A stretch of 28,407 nucleotides of DNA from a virus (lineage: Duplodnaviria; Caudoviricetes): positions 1 through 28,407 of the IMG/VR virus record IMGVR_UViG_3300033067_000032; one strand, written 5' to 3'. This document shows, one piece after another, positions 16,435-24,701 of this stretch; position 1 is the first letter of the stretch; every line of letters begins with the position of its first letter. Below the pieces are notes generated by a model. It saw only the letters and a list, made by a program, of their open reading frames with translations. It was not told the origin of the DNA and ran no database searches. The translations under genes were made by a program, and so were the position numbers.

Positions 16435-18873
16435 CTACCCAAAGAAGTAAGGTGAGCGGAGGATGTCATTGATATTGAGTTTACCCTTCGTAGGAACAGC
16501 CGGAAGATCAATTCCAGTAGTGTTCTCAAGGTGTTGCTTGAACTCCAGCAAAGGATCGCTATGTTCGTACATAGAGACAAACGCTTCCCGGATCGCTGAG
16601 TGCATAGAATCGGTGTCATTCGCATGAGTGCCGAAGTCATCGTGGATGCAAGCAAAACTTGATACGCCTTTGTCATTTGCAGAGATCAGAGTCAGCATTA
16701 GATGGCAAGCATCCATACTGTGTACGAAGTTCGGGCTGGCTCCAAGTCTCTGCTTCTGTACGTCGATCTTAGTTGAGTCCATGTTCAGTCTTAACTGAAT
16801 CTTACCAGCAAGCTGAGTGAGAATCTGCTTACTGATTACCTTCTTACGCCCTTGGTAGACTGGGAAGCCCACCGGAGTGTGCCAGACTATCGGCTGATCG
16901 TCTCGTGCCACTATACCAGCGCACTTCTGTATCCAGTCCATAGCCTTCCTAGCGGCCACCACAACCTCCCCGATTGACTCCCACAGGATCGGAGTCAAGA
17001 ACACTGCTAAGCGGAAACGAATCTCCTTGGGGAATGACTCTTGAGCCTCTTCCAACATGTACTTGTAGATATACTCCCTGCACGATTGTTGTGTCGAACC
17101 GTATGGCAGAGTCATGACTGGGCGTTTCGCAAGCCCACGGGGAATAGAGCCTCCATGCTCTGCATCACAGAAGTTTAACCAAACAGCGGCCATAGGGTCT
17201 GTAGAGGCCCGAAGCCTCGTGGTACACACTCTAGCCACCTCGGAGTAAATATCTGCAGGGACTTTTGAAGGGGTGAGGTTAGTTGCCTTACCTCCCACTT
17301 CGTCTCGGAGCATAGCCGAGAAGTTTTGAAGCCCGTTACAGCTTCCGTCAAGAGCGACAGGGAGATGCGATAACATCCCAAGTCCTTCATTGAGGTATTT
17401 ACGGAACTCAAAGCAAAACGCCAAGAACTGCCAAGGCTTGTCTGCGTTGGCCCACGCATCGCGATGAGTGAGTGGGTCTTCAGCGATTCGGGAGATAAGG
17501 TCTTTGTTCTCATCAACCCATTTGGCTCGGTCAGCATACGAGACCTTATCCTTTCCAAAGGTGTTAGCGCCATGTATTTTCAGCCAATACAGTCCACGCT
17601 CAGTTAGCGGCTTCCCCTCTGAGAAGCGCAATAGACTCTTGGCAAAGTCCGGGCCTTGTGGTGATAGGCCGGACACAGTGGCATAGATACGGCCACGGAA
17701 GTCACATTGATACACGAACCAGAACTTCTTGAAGTCCATAAACTCCTTTGCAAGACGTAGAACCCGAATCACTTGGAAGCATTTAGACACTCTCTCCTTG
17801 TTCATGGTATATACCACACGAGCTTCAGACTTCCACTCGTCGAAGGCGATCTTCTGGAGTGGAGTCAGGTTAGCTTTCTTAACGTCTTTCGGGATAGGCG
17901 AGACAGGTAGCGGGTAAGGTTCAGACTGTGGAAGTCCGATTGGCAACGATTTGTCCCACGCTTGCTTTAATACATCAAAGACCTCGTGGTTAATTTCCCA
18001 TGCAGTCTGCTGCAGGATATTAACAGACTGCATCGCCTTCTGCATCTCGGTGTTCGAGAATAGTTCAAGGTGTGCCTTGTTCTTCACTTTCACCAGTGGA
18101 GTACGGCGACGAAGTTGCGGTGTGTAATACCCACCTTGGTCAACGCTCGTCCACGGATCGGGAGGAATTATACATGGCGCTCTGTCGGGATTAAGAAGCT
18201 GGGCGTAGGAGTCGAACTGCTTCATCCACTTCAGGCAGCTTTCAGTCGGTACAATGATTACCTGCATGGCAACCTTGCGTCCCTTAGCTTTCTCCTTCTT
18301 CATTTCAATCAGGTCAGTGCTCTGCATGATGAGGTCAATGACCTTCACTCCAACCTGAGCACGTTCCTCGTTCGACCAATCGTTCCAACCGACTTCATGT
18401 TCCTTGGCTTTCATGGTCAACACACGGTGCATGTGTCGGTAGTTCGTTGTTCCTTTTTTCTGGAAGTCTCGAATGATGGCATCGTAATACTCACCATGCT
18501 TCTCTTGGAACTTGCTGAACTTAACCTCGTCCTCAATCAACATGCCGATGCGTGAGCCGAGGGATACCAATGCCGTGTTGTTTGTGAAGTGATCGAATAC
18601 TGCGCGGAGTCCGAGATACGCAGCTACTTCAGGTTCTACTACGCTGAGGAGTCCCTTGTACTTCTGCTTCGGGCCGGGTAGTTTTTTGTCGCACCACTCT
18701 TTTATCGCCGCTGAAACCGGGAGGATGAACTCTTGCATCAACTTCTGGGCAGACTGTGTATCTGCACCTCGGCCTTTCTCTACTGCCTTCTGCACGGCGG
18801 TGTTGTATCGGCTAATTCCATACGCCACCATCCGCTTCTCAAGATCAATCTGTTCTTGGATGCTTGGTTCCAC
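16435..18873 (-). CDS. Single-subunit DNA-dependent RNA polymerase (T7 gp1 family)
   Basis: 812 aa, GTG start with AGGAG RBS; DFRGRIY, motif A DGSCNGLQ, motif B RGLAKRPVMTLPYG, PNFVHSMDA and motif C IHDDFGTH. Confidence 0.98.
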   Translation of the reverse strand: MEPSIQEQIDLEKRMVAYGISRYNTAVQKAVEKGRGADTQSAQKLMQEFILPVSAAIKEWCDKKLPGPKQKYKGLLSVVEPEVAAYLGLRAVFDHFTNNTALVSLGSRIGMLIEDEVKFSKFQEKHGEYYDAIIRDFQKKGTTNYRHMHRVLTMKAKEHEVGWNDWSNEERAQVGVKVIDLIMQSTDLIEMKKEKAKGRKVAMQVIIVPTESCLKWMKQFDSYAQLLNPDRAPCIIPPDPWTSVDQGGYYTPQLRRRTPLVKVKNKAHLELFSNTEMQKAMQSVNILQQTAWEINHEVFDVLKQAWDKSLPIGLPQSEPYPLPVSPIPKDVKKANLTPLQKIAFDEWKSEARVVYTMNKERVSKCFQVIRVLRLAKEFMDFKKFWFVYQCDFRGRIYATVSGLSPQGPDFAKSLLRFSEGKPLTERGLYWLKIHGANTFGKDKVSYADRAKWVDENKDLISRIAEDPLTHRDAWANADKPWQFLAFCFEFRKYLNEGLGMLSHLPVALDGSCNGLQNFSAMLRDEVGGKATNLTPSKVPADIYSEVARVCTTRLRASTDPMAAVWLNFCDAEHGGSIPRGLAKRPVMTLPYGSTQQSCREYIYKYMLEEAQESFPKEIRFRLAVFLTPILWESIGEVVVAARKAMDWIQKCAGIVARDDQPIVWHTPVGFPVYQGRKKVISKQILTQLAGKIQLRLNMDSTKIDVQKQRLGASPNFVHSMDACHLMLTLISANDKGVSSFACIHDDFGTHANDTDSMHSAIREAFVSMYEHSDPLLEFKQHLENTTGIDLPAVPTKGKLNINDILRSPYFFG

Positions 18874-18881
18874 TGTAACTC

Positions 18882-19253
18882 CTATTTCTTAGCCTCAGCT
18901 CGTTTTAATCTAGCTTTTTTGTTTCTAGCAATCCGTTTTTCGTCAGCATCTTTGTGAGTTGGGTGATAGATTCCTGAAGGATTGGAATCGCATTCAGCCC
19001 AGTAGGTGAGCAGCCTTCCAATCCACCATGATACCGTTCCATCACGCTTTGCTCGACGAGCGAGATTAAAGATTTTACCCTCGATGCCATTACAATTACG
19101 GCACAAGACTCCGCGTATTTGTCCAGTAACATGGCAGTGGTCAAGACAGGAGTTTTCATTGTCTATCGCTATTCTGCACAGACGGCAGCGATTCTGCTGA
19201 GATTCCATTATCTTCACTCGGAAGAACGGAATCTGGCTGATCTTCATCTTCAT
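18882..19253 (-). CDS. Recombination endonuclease VII
   Basis: 123 aa; CRLC...LDHCHVTGQIRGVLCRNCNGIEG and C-terminal YHPTHK. Confidence 0.95.
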   Translation of the reverse strand: MKMKISQIPFFRVKIMESQQNRCRLCRIAIDNENSCLDHCHVTGQIRGVLCRNCNGIEGKIFNLARRAKRDGTVSWWIGRLLTYWAECDSNPSGIYHPTHKDADEKRIARNKKARLKRAEAKK

Positions 19254-19542
19254 CGGCGGCTTCCTCTAATCGTTTAATCCATGCTTCTGTTGCTTGCTCA
19301 AAGGTAGTCCTTGCTACTTCAGGGAGTTCAACTCGCTTGTCGTATTGGTTCATCGTGATGCAGTGAACTCGTACCCAGTGTTTGTCCACCGACTTACCGA
19401 ACTCAGACTTGATGTATTTAACGACCTGCTTTAGCATGAACTTACTATCCATCTCACCATTGAAGGTCAGGCGCGTCCACTGCTTCATCCATTCGGAATC
19501 AAACCACGGAACCATTACAATCGTATGTCCACGGTACTTCAT
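19156..19542 (-). CDS. Hypothetical protein
   Basis: 128 aa; ATGA coupling to the upstream ORF at 19542-19539; the last 98 nt overlap endonuclease VII. Confidence 0.7.
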   Translation of the reverse strand: MKYRGHTIVMVPWFDSEWMKQWTRLTFNGEMDSKFMLKQVVKYIKSEFGKSVDKHWVRVHCITMNQYDKRVELPEVARTTFEQATEAWIKRLEEAADEDEDQPDSVLPSEDNGISAESLPSVQNSDRQ

Positions 19543-19724
19543 GCCCTTTTCCTCTCTTCACTATTAAATCTATTCAGTGCTGTCTCTAGGTATTTCACGT
19601 AGTCTCTGGCCTCATGCTCCAATAAACCTCGACAAGCACCCTTACATATAAAACTTTCTGGTGGTAATAAAGAAAGAACAAACGGTAATCTCGGCGTTAG
19701 ATTTTTTATCTCATCAAAAGTCAT
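19539..19724 (-). CDS. Hypothetical protein (61 aa)
   Basis: Start revised to ATG at 19724, which overlaps the exonuclease stop as ATGA, with AAGGAA upstream; fills the gap exactly. Confidence 0.62.
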   Translation of the reverse strand: MTFDEIKNLTPRLPFVLSLLPPESFICKGACRGLLEHEARDYVKYLETALNRFNSEERKRA

Positions 19725-20647
19725 ACACAATGTTCCTTCATCCATTCAACAACATCATCATCGTTGTCATTACGTCGCATCCAGAGTAGTTTTGCTTCTG
19801 ACAGAAACGCCTCGCCAGCCGTTATTGGCTGACCAGTACGCCAGTTCTTGAATCCGTGCTTTTCAGAGTACGCTTTATATAGATCCCGAACCACGACGAA
19901 TGCTTCTTTATTCGTCTGAATCGGATTCAGAATCTCGTGAGCGAGTACCGGGCCAACTGGTTTATCTTTACCACGAGGCAGGTACTTCAGGTCAGTCACG
20001 AGAGGTAGTCCGGAGATGTTATCTGCTGCATCTCCCATCAGCATTTGCGCCCAGAACAACTTCCAGCCACGGCCTTTGATCTTCTTGGTGCTCTTAGCGA
20101 CAAGCTCGATGTAGCCAAAGTCATCCTTCGTATCAGTGATCTCTCCAGTTGCCCAGTCTAGTGCAAGTCCGGGAACCATTGCGAGGTCTTTATCCTTGGT
20201 AGCGATGATCGACAGATTCCGCTTACCTTCTGCGATAGCCTGATACTGTGCCTTACTCATCCCGTCATCTGCCTCACAGTTCACATGCTGGATACCACCG
20301 TAGTGGTCTGCCATGTGAGCACGGATTAGATGCAGGAAGCGCGGCTTGACCTTACCAGCACGAGTGGCTTGGTATTCACGAAGCAATGCTTGGTCATAGC
20401 GATTGCCCTTGGTTGACTCTTTGGGAGTCAGGTGGATTACGATGGACTCAGCACCAGCTTTTACACGGAGTCGTTCAAGGATCATGTCCAAGACCTTCTT
20501 CATGTCATCAATGCTGCGGTCTTTATCGTAGGCCACCATGTACGCTGCGAAGTCGCCGTCGATCTGTACGATACGTCCGGGCACTACAGCAGGGTCACTA
20601 GAGGTCTCTGCCTCCAGCTTAGAGAGGTCGATACCATTTACAATCAT
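19721..20647 (-). CDS. 5'-3' exonuclease (T7 gp6 / FEN-like)
   Basis: 308 aa; IDGDF, YQATR, EADD, DKDL and MGDAADNISGL motifs. Confidence 0.95.
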   Translation of the reverse strand: MIVNGIDLSKLEAETSSDPAVVPGRIVQIDGDFAAYMVAYDKDRSIDDMKKVLDMILERLRVKAGAESIVIHLTPKESTKGNRYDQALLREYQATRAGKVKPRFLHLIRAHMADHYGGIQHVNCEADDGMSKAQYQAIAEGKRNLSIIATKDKDLAMVPGLALDWATGEITDTKDDFGYIELVAKSTKKIKGRGWKLFWAQMLMGDAADNISGLPLVTDLKYLPRGKDKPVGPVLAHEILNPIQTNKEAFVVVRDLYKAYSEKHGFKNWRTGQPITAGEAFLSEAKLLWMRRNDNDDDVVEWMKEHCV

Positions 20648-20655
20648 ACGTCCTC

Positions 20656-21237
20656 CTAGTAGGGAATGTCATCGAAGAGATTCTCGTCGAGTGCCCCCGG
20701 TTCACAAACATATTCAGGATACTTATCCATCACGCGCTTCAGCCGTTTCACTTGACGGTCAGCACGGTTTGTATTGCATACACGGATCACTCCATCTTTT
20801 ACACTACGATAGAACTCATCGGTGATGTGAATCTCATGCCCATCGAATGCAATCTGGCAGATCGAGATGTCAAATACGTCGATCATGTTCTCGCCGGGTT
20901 GTTCCTCAATGAAGATCAATTCATAGATTGTACCCTGTACTTCCATACGCCAGATAACAAAGATGTTACGAAATCCGGGAGTAGCAGTGTTGCCCTTTTG
21001 ACCATACATAGAGGTCAGGATGAGTTCTGCATACGGATGGATGCTGAGAACCTTACGCTCGATAGCGTCGAGGTCAACGGACTCAGCCTTGATCGGGATG
21101 AAGATGTCTACATCCTTGATCGGCTTGCCATGCCACAGGTCACGGAGAGCGCCACCAGCAATCACTGCTGATGGCAACTCACCCTGAACCTTATGAAGCA
21201 TGTCAACCCATTCTTGTGGAATGCGATTGGTATGCAT
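20656..21237 (-). CDS. Minimal class II nucleotidyltransferase (CCA-adding/poly(A) polymerase head-like)
   Basis: 193 aa; IAGGALRD...KDVDIF catalytic motif, YELIF, FDISICQIAF and KRLKRV. Confidence 0.88.
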   Translation of the reverse strand: MHTNRIPQEWVDMLHKVQGELPSAVIAGGALRDLWHGKPIKDVDIFIPIKAESVDLDAIERKVLSIHPYAELILTSMYGQKGNTATPGFRNIFVIWRMEVQGTIYELIFIEEQPGENMIDVFDISICQIAFDGHEIHITDEFYRSVKDGVIRVCNTNRADRQVKRLKRVMDKYPEYVCEPGALDENLFDDIPY

Positions 21238-21239
21238 GA

Positions 21240-22172
21240 CTACAGACCGAGTGCAGCGAGTGGATCAGCAGATTCTTGAGCCTTGGTCTCTGACTTAGCT
21301 TTAGCATCCTTATCAGATTTGCTGGCAGCTAAAGACTTTGTCGCCTTTGGAGAAGACTTCTGGGTATCCGTCTTAGCTGGTGCAGCTTCCTCTTCAGGTT
21401 CACCAATAGCAGCTTCGAGTTCAGCCGAGCCAGAGAGCAGGTCTTCGAGAGCCGAGCCAGCGAAATTCGTAGCGCCAAGAATCTTATTCTGGAGCCAGTT
21501 CTTGCTTACTTGTTTCTCAGTACCATCTGCTTCCTTAACAGTCTTGTCGCCGTCAATAAACAGAGTATCCCACGTTTCTTTCGTCGGGTTATTCCATAGG
21601 AAGATACGAATTGGGGAGAGAGCGGCTGGGATCGGGATCGCAGTCGTGGTCTCAGCAACCGGATCGACAATCACGGGAGCAGCGATGCCGTACACACCGT
21701 CCTTCTGGAGATTAGCGTATGTCGTCTTCTTACCGTCTTTCTCTTTCACGTTATGCGAAATAGTGAGCAGGAAGCCCTCGTTCAACATCTGAGCCATGTG
21801 CTTGATGTCTTCGCGGCCACGAGCCATAGTCTTGAACAGCTTAACGTACCCAGACTTCTCGTGCAGTGACTTCGTCAGTGTAATGCTGATACGGTCAGTG
21901 ACCTTAATGGTCTTACCGTCAACCTCTACCTCACGTATGTTCTTTTTAGGATGCAGAAGCTCGAAGGTGACACGTACTTCATCAGCGTCTTTCTTCGGCT
22001 TGCCTTGGAAGGCGCGTTGCTTCTGTTTACCGAGTTCGATGTACTCGATCATGCGGCCAAAGGTTACACCTTCTGGGACTACCTGCTTCTCGAATTCACC
22101 GCCCGCTTGGGTGTCGGTTTGATCTTCCATCTCCGCTGCTTGAGCGGCTAGTGCTTTATAATCAATCGTCAT
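21240..22172 (-). CDS. Conserved phiKMV-like post-polymerase protein (possible ssDNA-binding protein)
   Basis: 310 aa; GRMIEYIELGKQ, VTFEL and HMAQML motifs with a low-complexity charged C-tail; lies between DNA polymerase and exonuclease. The SSB role is inference. Confidence 0.6.
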   Translation of the reverse strand: MTIDYKALAAQAAEMEDQTDTQAGGEFEKQVVPEGVTFGRMIEYIELGKQKQRAFQGKPKKDADEVRVTFELLHPKKNIREVEVDGKTIKVTDRISITLTKSLHEKSGYVKLFKTMARGREDIKHMAQMLNEGFLLTISHNVKEKDGKKTTYANLQKDGVYGIAAPVIVDPVAETTTAIPIPAALSPIRIFLWNNPTKETWDTLFIDGDKTVKEADGTEKQVSKNWLQNKILGATNFAGSALEDLLSGSAELEAAIGEPEEEAAPAKTDTQKSSPKATKSLAASKSDKDAKAKSETKAQESADPLAALGL

Positions 22173-22189
22173 ACTGTTTCCTATACTGG

Positions 22190-24457
22190 TTATACATGAT
22201 AAACTTGTTTATCGAAAAGATTGTTTCCAACCTCTACCTCGCAGGGGAATGGCACAGGAGAATGAATCCCGAAGATACGTTCCAGACTTCCCGGCACGTC
22301 CTCAAGAATCCTCTTGGCATCCACTGCTACTTCATGCACCACATCAGGCTGGCTGTCAATCCATACGCAGTCATGTACGGTATTGCAAAGCAATGCGCGG
22401 CCACCGTAGTTATCATTAGCTACGAAGTGTCTCCACAACAAACCTAGTTGCATCTGCACGATCTCACCACCCGTCCCTTGGACAGGATAGTTCTTCATCT
22501 CCGTTGGCATAAACGTGTCATTGATGCCCTTATCTTTTGCCCACTTAGGAGCATCGTAAGTGCGCCAACTGTACATCGTACCAGTAGGAGCTTGCCATGT
22601 ACCACGGCGGAACGTCCTGAACCCACGAATATGATCCCGGAACGGAACCGCAGACTTCTGTACAGCTTGCTCAACGCGCTGGTTGAAGCTGATGATGTCT
22701 GGATACAGGATTTCTTCTGCCTCAATGAGGTCTTTCACATCGTCGATAGCCATGCCAGTGGTAGCACTGATCTTGTCAGCGCCAGCACCGTATGCCCGTT
22801 GGAAGCTGAACACCTTTGCATCCGTCCGGTATCCATGCCAGAGTTTATACTCAGGATGGGTGGAGTTCTTGCATCGGGCTACTGCTTCCTCATACGATAT
22901 GTTCTTCCATGCAGCTACACGCTTACAGTGGAAGTCAACCTTGTTCAGCAAGTCTTCGATCAGTTGCTTGTCGCCAGTGAGCAACGCTTGTACTACGATC
23001 TCAAGCTGAGTGTAGTCGATCTCGATCATCTTCCCGCCCTCGAAACGAGAGCAGAACATCTTCTTAACCTCAGATGTTCCCTCTTTAGGAATGTTCTGGC
23101 AGTTCGGGTCACTCGATGAGAGACGAGTTGTTACCGTTGAGGTGTGGTTCAGGCTGTGATGAATGATATGGCTGTGCTTCATAACACAGGTCATCATTCC
23201 CACGTACTTCTTCTTGGACTCATCGTACCTGAGATAGTAAGTGCCGAGGTCTTTGACCAGTGACTGACGCTTGGCCATTAACTTCAGGAACGGTATGTCA
23301 CGGGAGCCTAGCTCTTCGATCACATCGTCTGATGTCTGGTACACTGGGTGTCCAGCGGCATCAGTGTTCTTGGTCTCCCACTTCTTATCCGGCACAGTGT
23401 AGCCGGGGAGTTCTATGTGGAACTCTTGGTTCTTCTCTTTGACTTCACCGGGAACCGTTACGGCCTTGAAACGACCTTGACCCTTCTTCTTGCCGGAGGT
23501 ATAGACATCCTGACCGGGATAGAAGATCGTAGGATAGTGGTTAGGACAAGGCGTAAGCTCGTGTGGGCTAGTAGGGTGGCCATCGAATAGCGGCCACTGC
23601 TCTGTGGCCTGTTTCCGGGCAACTGTGCCCGTCTTCGCGTCGATGTATGGAGCCTTCTTAGTGTACTTCAGTGTGCCACCAAAGATCAGGGCAGACTTAT
23701 GCACATTAGAAGCCCAGTTGAATTGGAACTCTGGCGGCAACTCTGGGATGTATTGCTCTAGCTCCGCATCCATCTCGATGAGTTCCTCACCCATGTCCTT
23801 GATACGGCGACGAGCTTCCTCAACGTCGATCTTTAGGCCATTGTATTCCATCTCAGCGGTAGCGCATAGCCCATCCATCCGAGTCTGGATCATCTTCATC
23901 ATGGATTTACCCATAGCCTTCTTGATCTGGCCAAGGAATATCTTCTCGGTGTTCCCGATGTCACCACTGTTACGACCTTCAGCCTCTGTACCTACGAGAT
24001 AGTCGATCAGCAGGTCTTTGTCGATCTGACTGGTCTTGACTCCCATTTCCCACAAGGCTTTCACCTCGTCGATCTTCTTGCGGCCACCGTAAGACTCAAT
24101 GATAGAGTCCATCGAAGGCATGTGGTAGTCCTGTCGAGCACCTTGGATCAGGTACTCAGCGTACTGTGTACACCAGACACGTCCCCCGCGTTTGAAGAAG
24201 GCTTTGAGTTCCGGGTTATCCCATTCCCAGATCAGATCAAACTTCAGATTATGCCCCACGAGCAGCGCCACATCATCTGGGATGTGCAGTCTGTTTTCTG
24301 GACTACGTCCTGTGTGGTATGACCAGCTACACCTATCGTCACCTTGAGCCTTCCATCCACGGGCAACAACATAGTTGATCTCATCAAACGGGTTGGCGAA
24401 TCGTTTGTAGGTCTTATAGTTCTCGGTCTCTAAGTCATAGACTAAGTATCGAGCCAT
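22190..24457 (-). CDS. Family A DNA polymerase with 3'-5' exonuclease domain
   Basis: 755 aa; ExoI YDLETE, HNLKFD, TTRLSSSDPNCQNIP, motif A DYTQLE, motif B RTDAKVFSFQRAYG, NYPVQG and motif C VHD. Confidence 0.98.
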   Translation of the reverse strand: MARYLVYDLETENYKTYKRFANPFDEINYVVARGWKAQGDDRCSWSYHTGRSPENRLHIPDDVALLVGHNLKFDLIWEWDNPELKAFFKRGGRVWCTQYAEYLIQGARQDYHMPSMDSIIESYGGRKKIDEVKALWEMGVKTSQIDKDLLIDYLVGTEAEGRNSGDIGNTEKIFLGQIKKAMGKSMMKMIQTRMDGLCATAEMEYNGLKIDVEEARRRIKDMGEELIEMDAELEQYIPELPPEFQFNWASNVHKSALIFGGTLKYTKKAPYIDAKTGTVARKQATEQWPLFDGHPTSPHELTPCPNHYPTIFYPGQDVYTSGKKKGQGRFKAVTVPGEVKEKNQEFHIELPGYTVPDKKWETKNTDAAGHPVYQTSDDVIEELGSRDIPFLKLMAKRQSLVKDLGTYYLRYDESKKKYVGMMTCVMKHSHIIHHSLNHTSTVTTRLSSSDPNCQNIPKEGTSEVKKMFCSRFEGGKMIEIDYTQLEIVVQALLTGDKQLIEDLLNKVDFHCKRVAAWKNISYEEAVARCKNSTHPEYKLWHGYRTDAKVFSFQRAYGAGADKISATTGMAIDDVKDLIEAEEILYPDIISFNQRVEQAVQKSAVPFRDHIRGFRTFRRGTWQAPTGTMYSWRTYDAPKWAKDKGINDTFMPTEMKNYPVQGTGGEIVQMQLGLLWRHFVANDNYGGRALLCNTVHDCVWIDSQPDVVHEVAVDAKRILEDVPGSLERIFGIHSPVPFPCEVEVGNNLFDKQVYHV

Positions 24458-24701
24458 AGTACCTCCTATTCACCTAAGTGAGCACATAGCTTTTCATAGA
24501 GAACGTGTAGTACACTATCTACGTCAGCTACTTCGCTTTGAAACTCCTTCGATTTTTGGTTAGGTCTATCCTTACCCGTAACGATTGGGTCACACTGAAG
24601 AATCCATGACACATGTTGCCTACACATATTACTAATCAATCGGTGAAGCTGCCGTGCCTCGAAATCCCCAAGATTTATGTTAATCATAGTACCTCTTATT
24701 C
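24455..24701. repeat. 17-bp direct repeat (16/17 identical) flanking the 73-aa ORF
   Basis: CATAGTACCTCCTATTC at 24455-24471 and CATAGTACCTCTTATTC at 24685-24701. Confidence 0.9.
24466..24687 (-). CDS. Hypothetical protein (73 aa)
   Basis: ATG with GAGGT RBS; fills the ligase-polymerase gap. Confidence 0.72.
   Translation of the reverse strand: MININLGDFEARQLHRLISNMCRQHVSWILQCDPIVTGKDRPNQKSKEFQSEVADVDSVLHVLYEKLCAHLGE

Noticed and set aside
16425-16676. 83-aa alternative-frame ORF at the RNAP 3' end (likewise 17175-17573 and 18905-19159)
   Set aside because: Nested in conserved genes, with no clear RBS or motifs.
16716-16730. Partial promoter match (TACTGTGTACGAAGT) within the RNAP gene
   Set aside because: It encodes the conserved PNFVHS motif and lacks the AT-rich part; likely coincidence.
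22448-23119. 223-aa plus-strand ORF (and the many other plus-strand ORFs in the track)
   Set aside because: Antisense shadows of conserved minus-strand genes in a unidirectionally transcribed genome.
22190-24457. Intron, intein or Z-specific polymerase (DpoZ)
   Set aside because: The ORF is uninterrupted, of normal length and has no intein motifs; nothing visible supports Z specificity and there is no purZ in the window.
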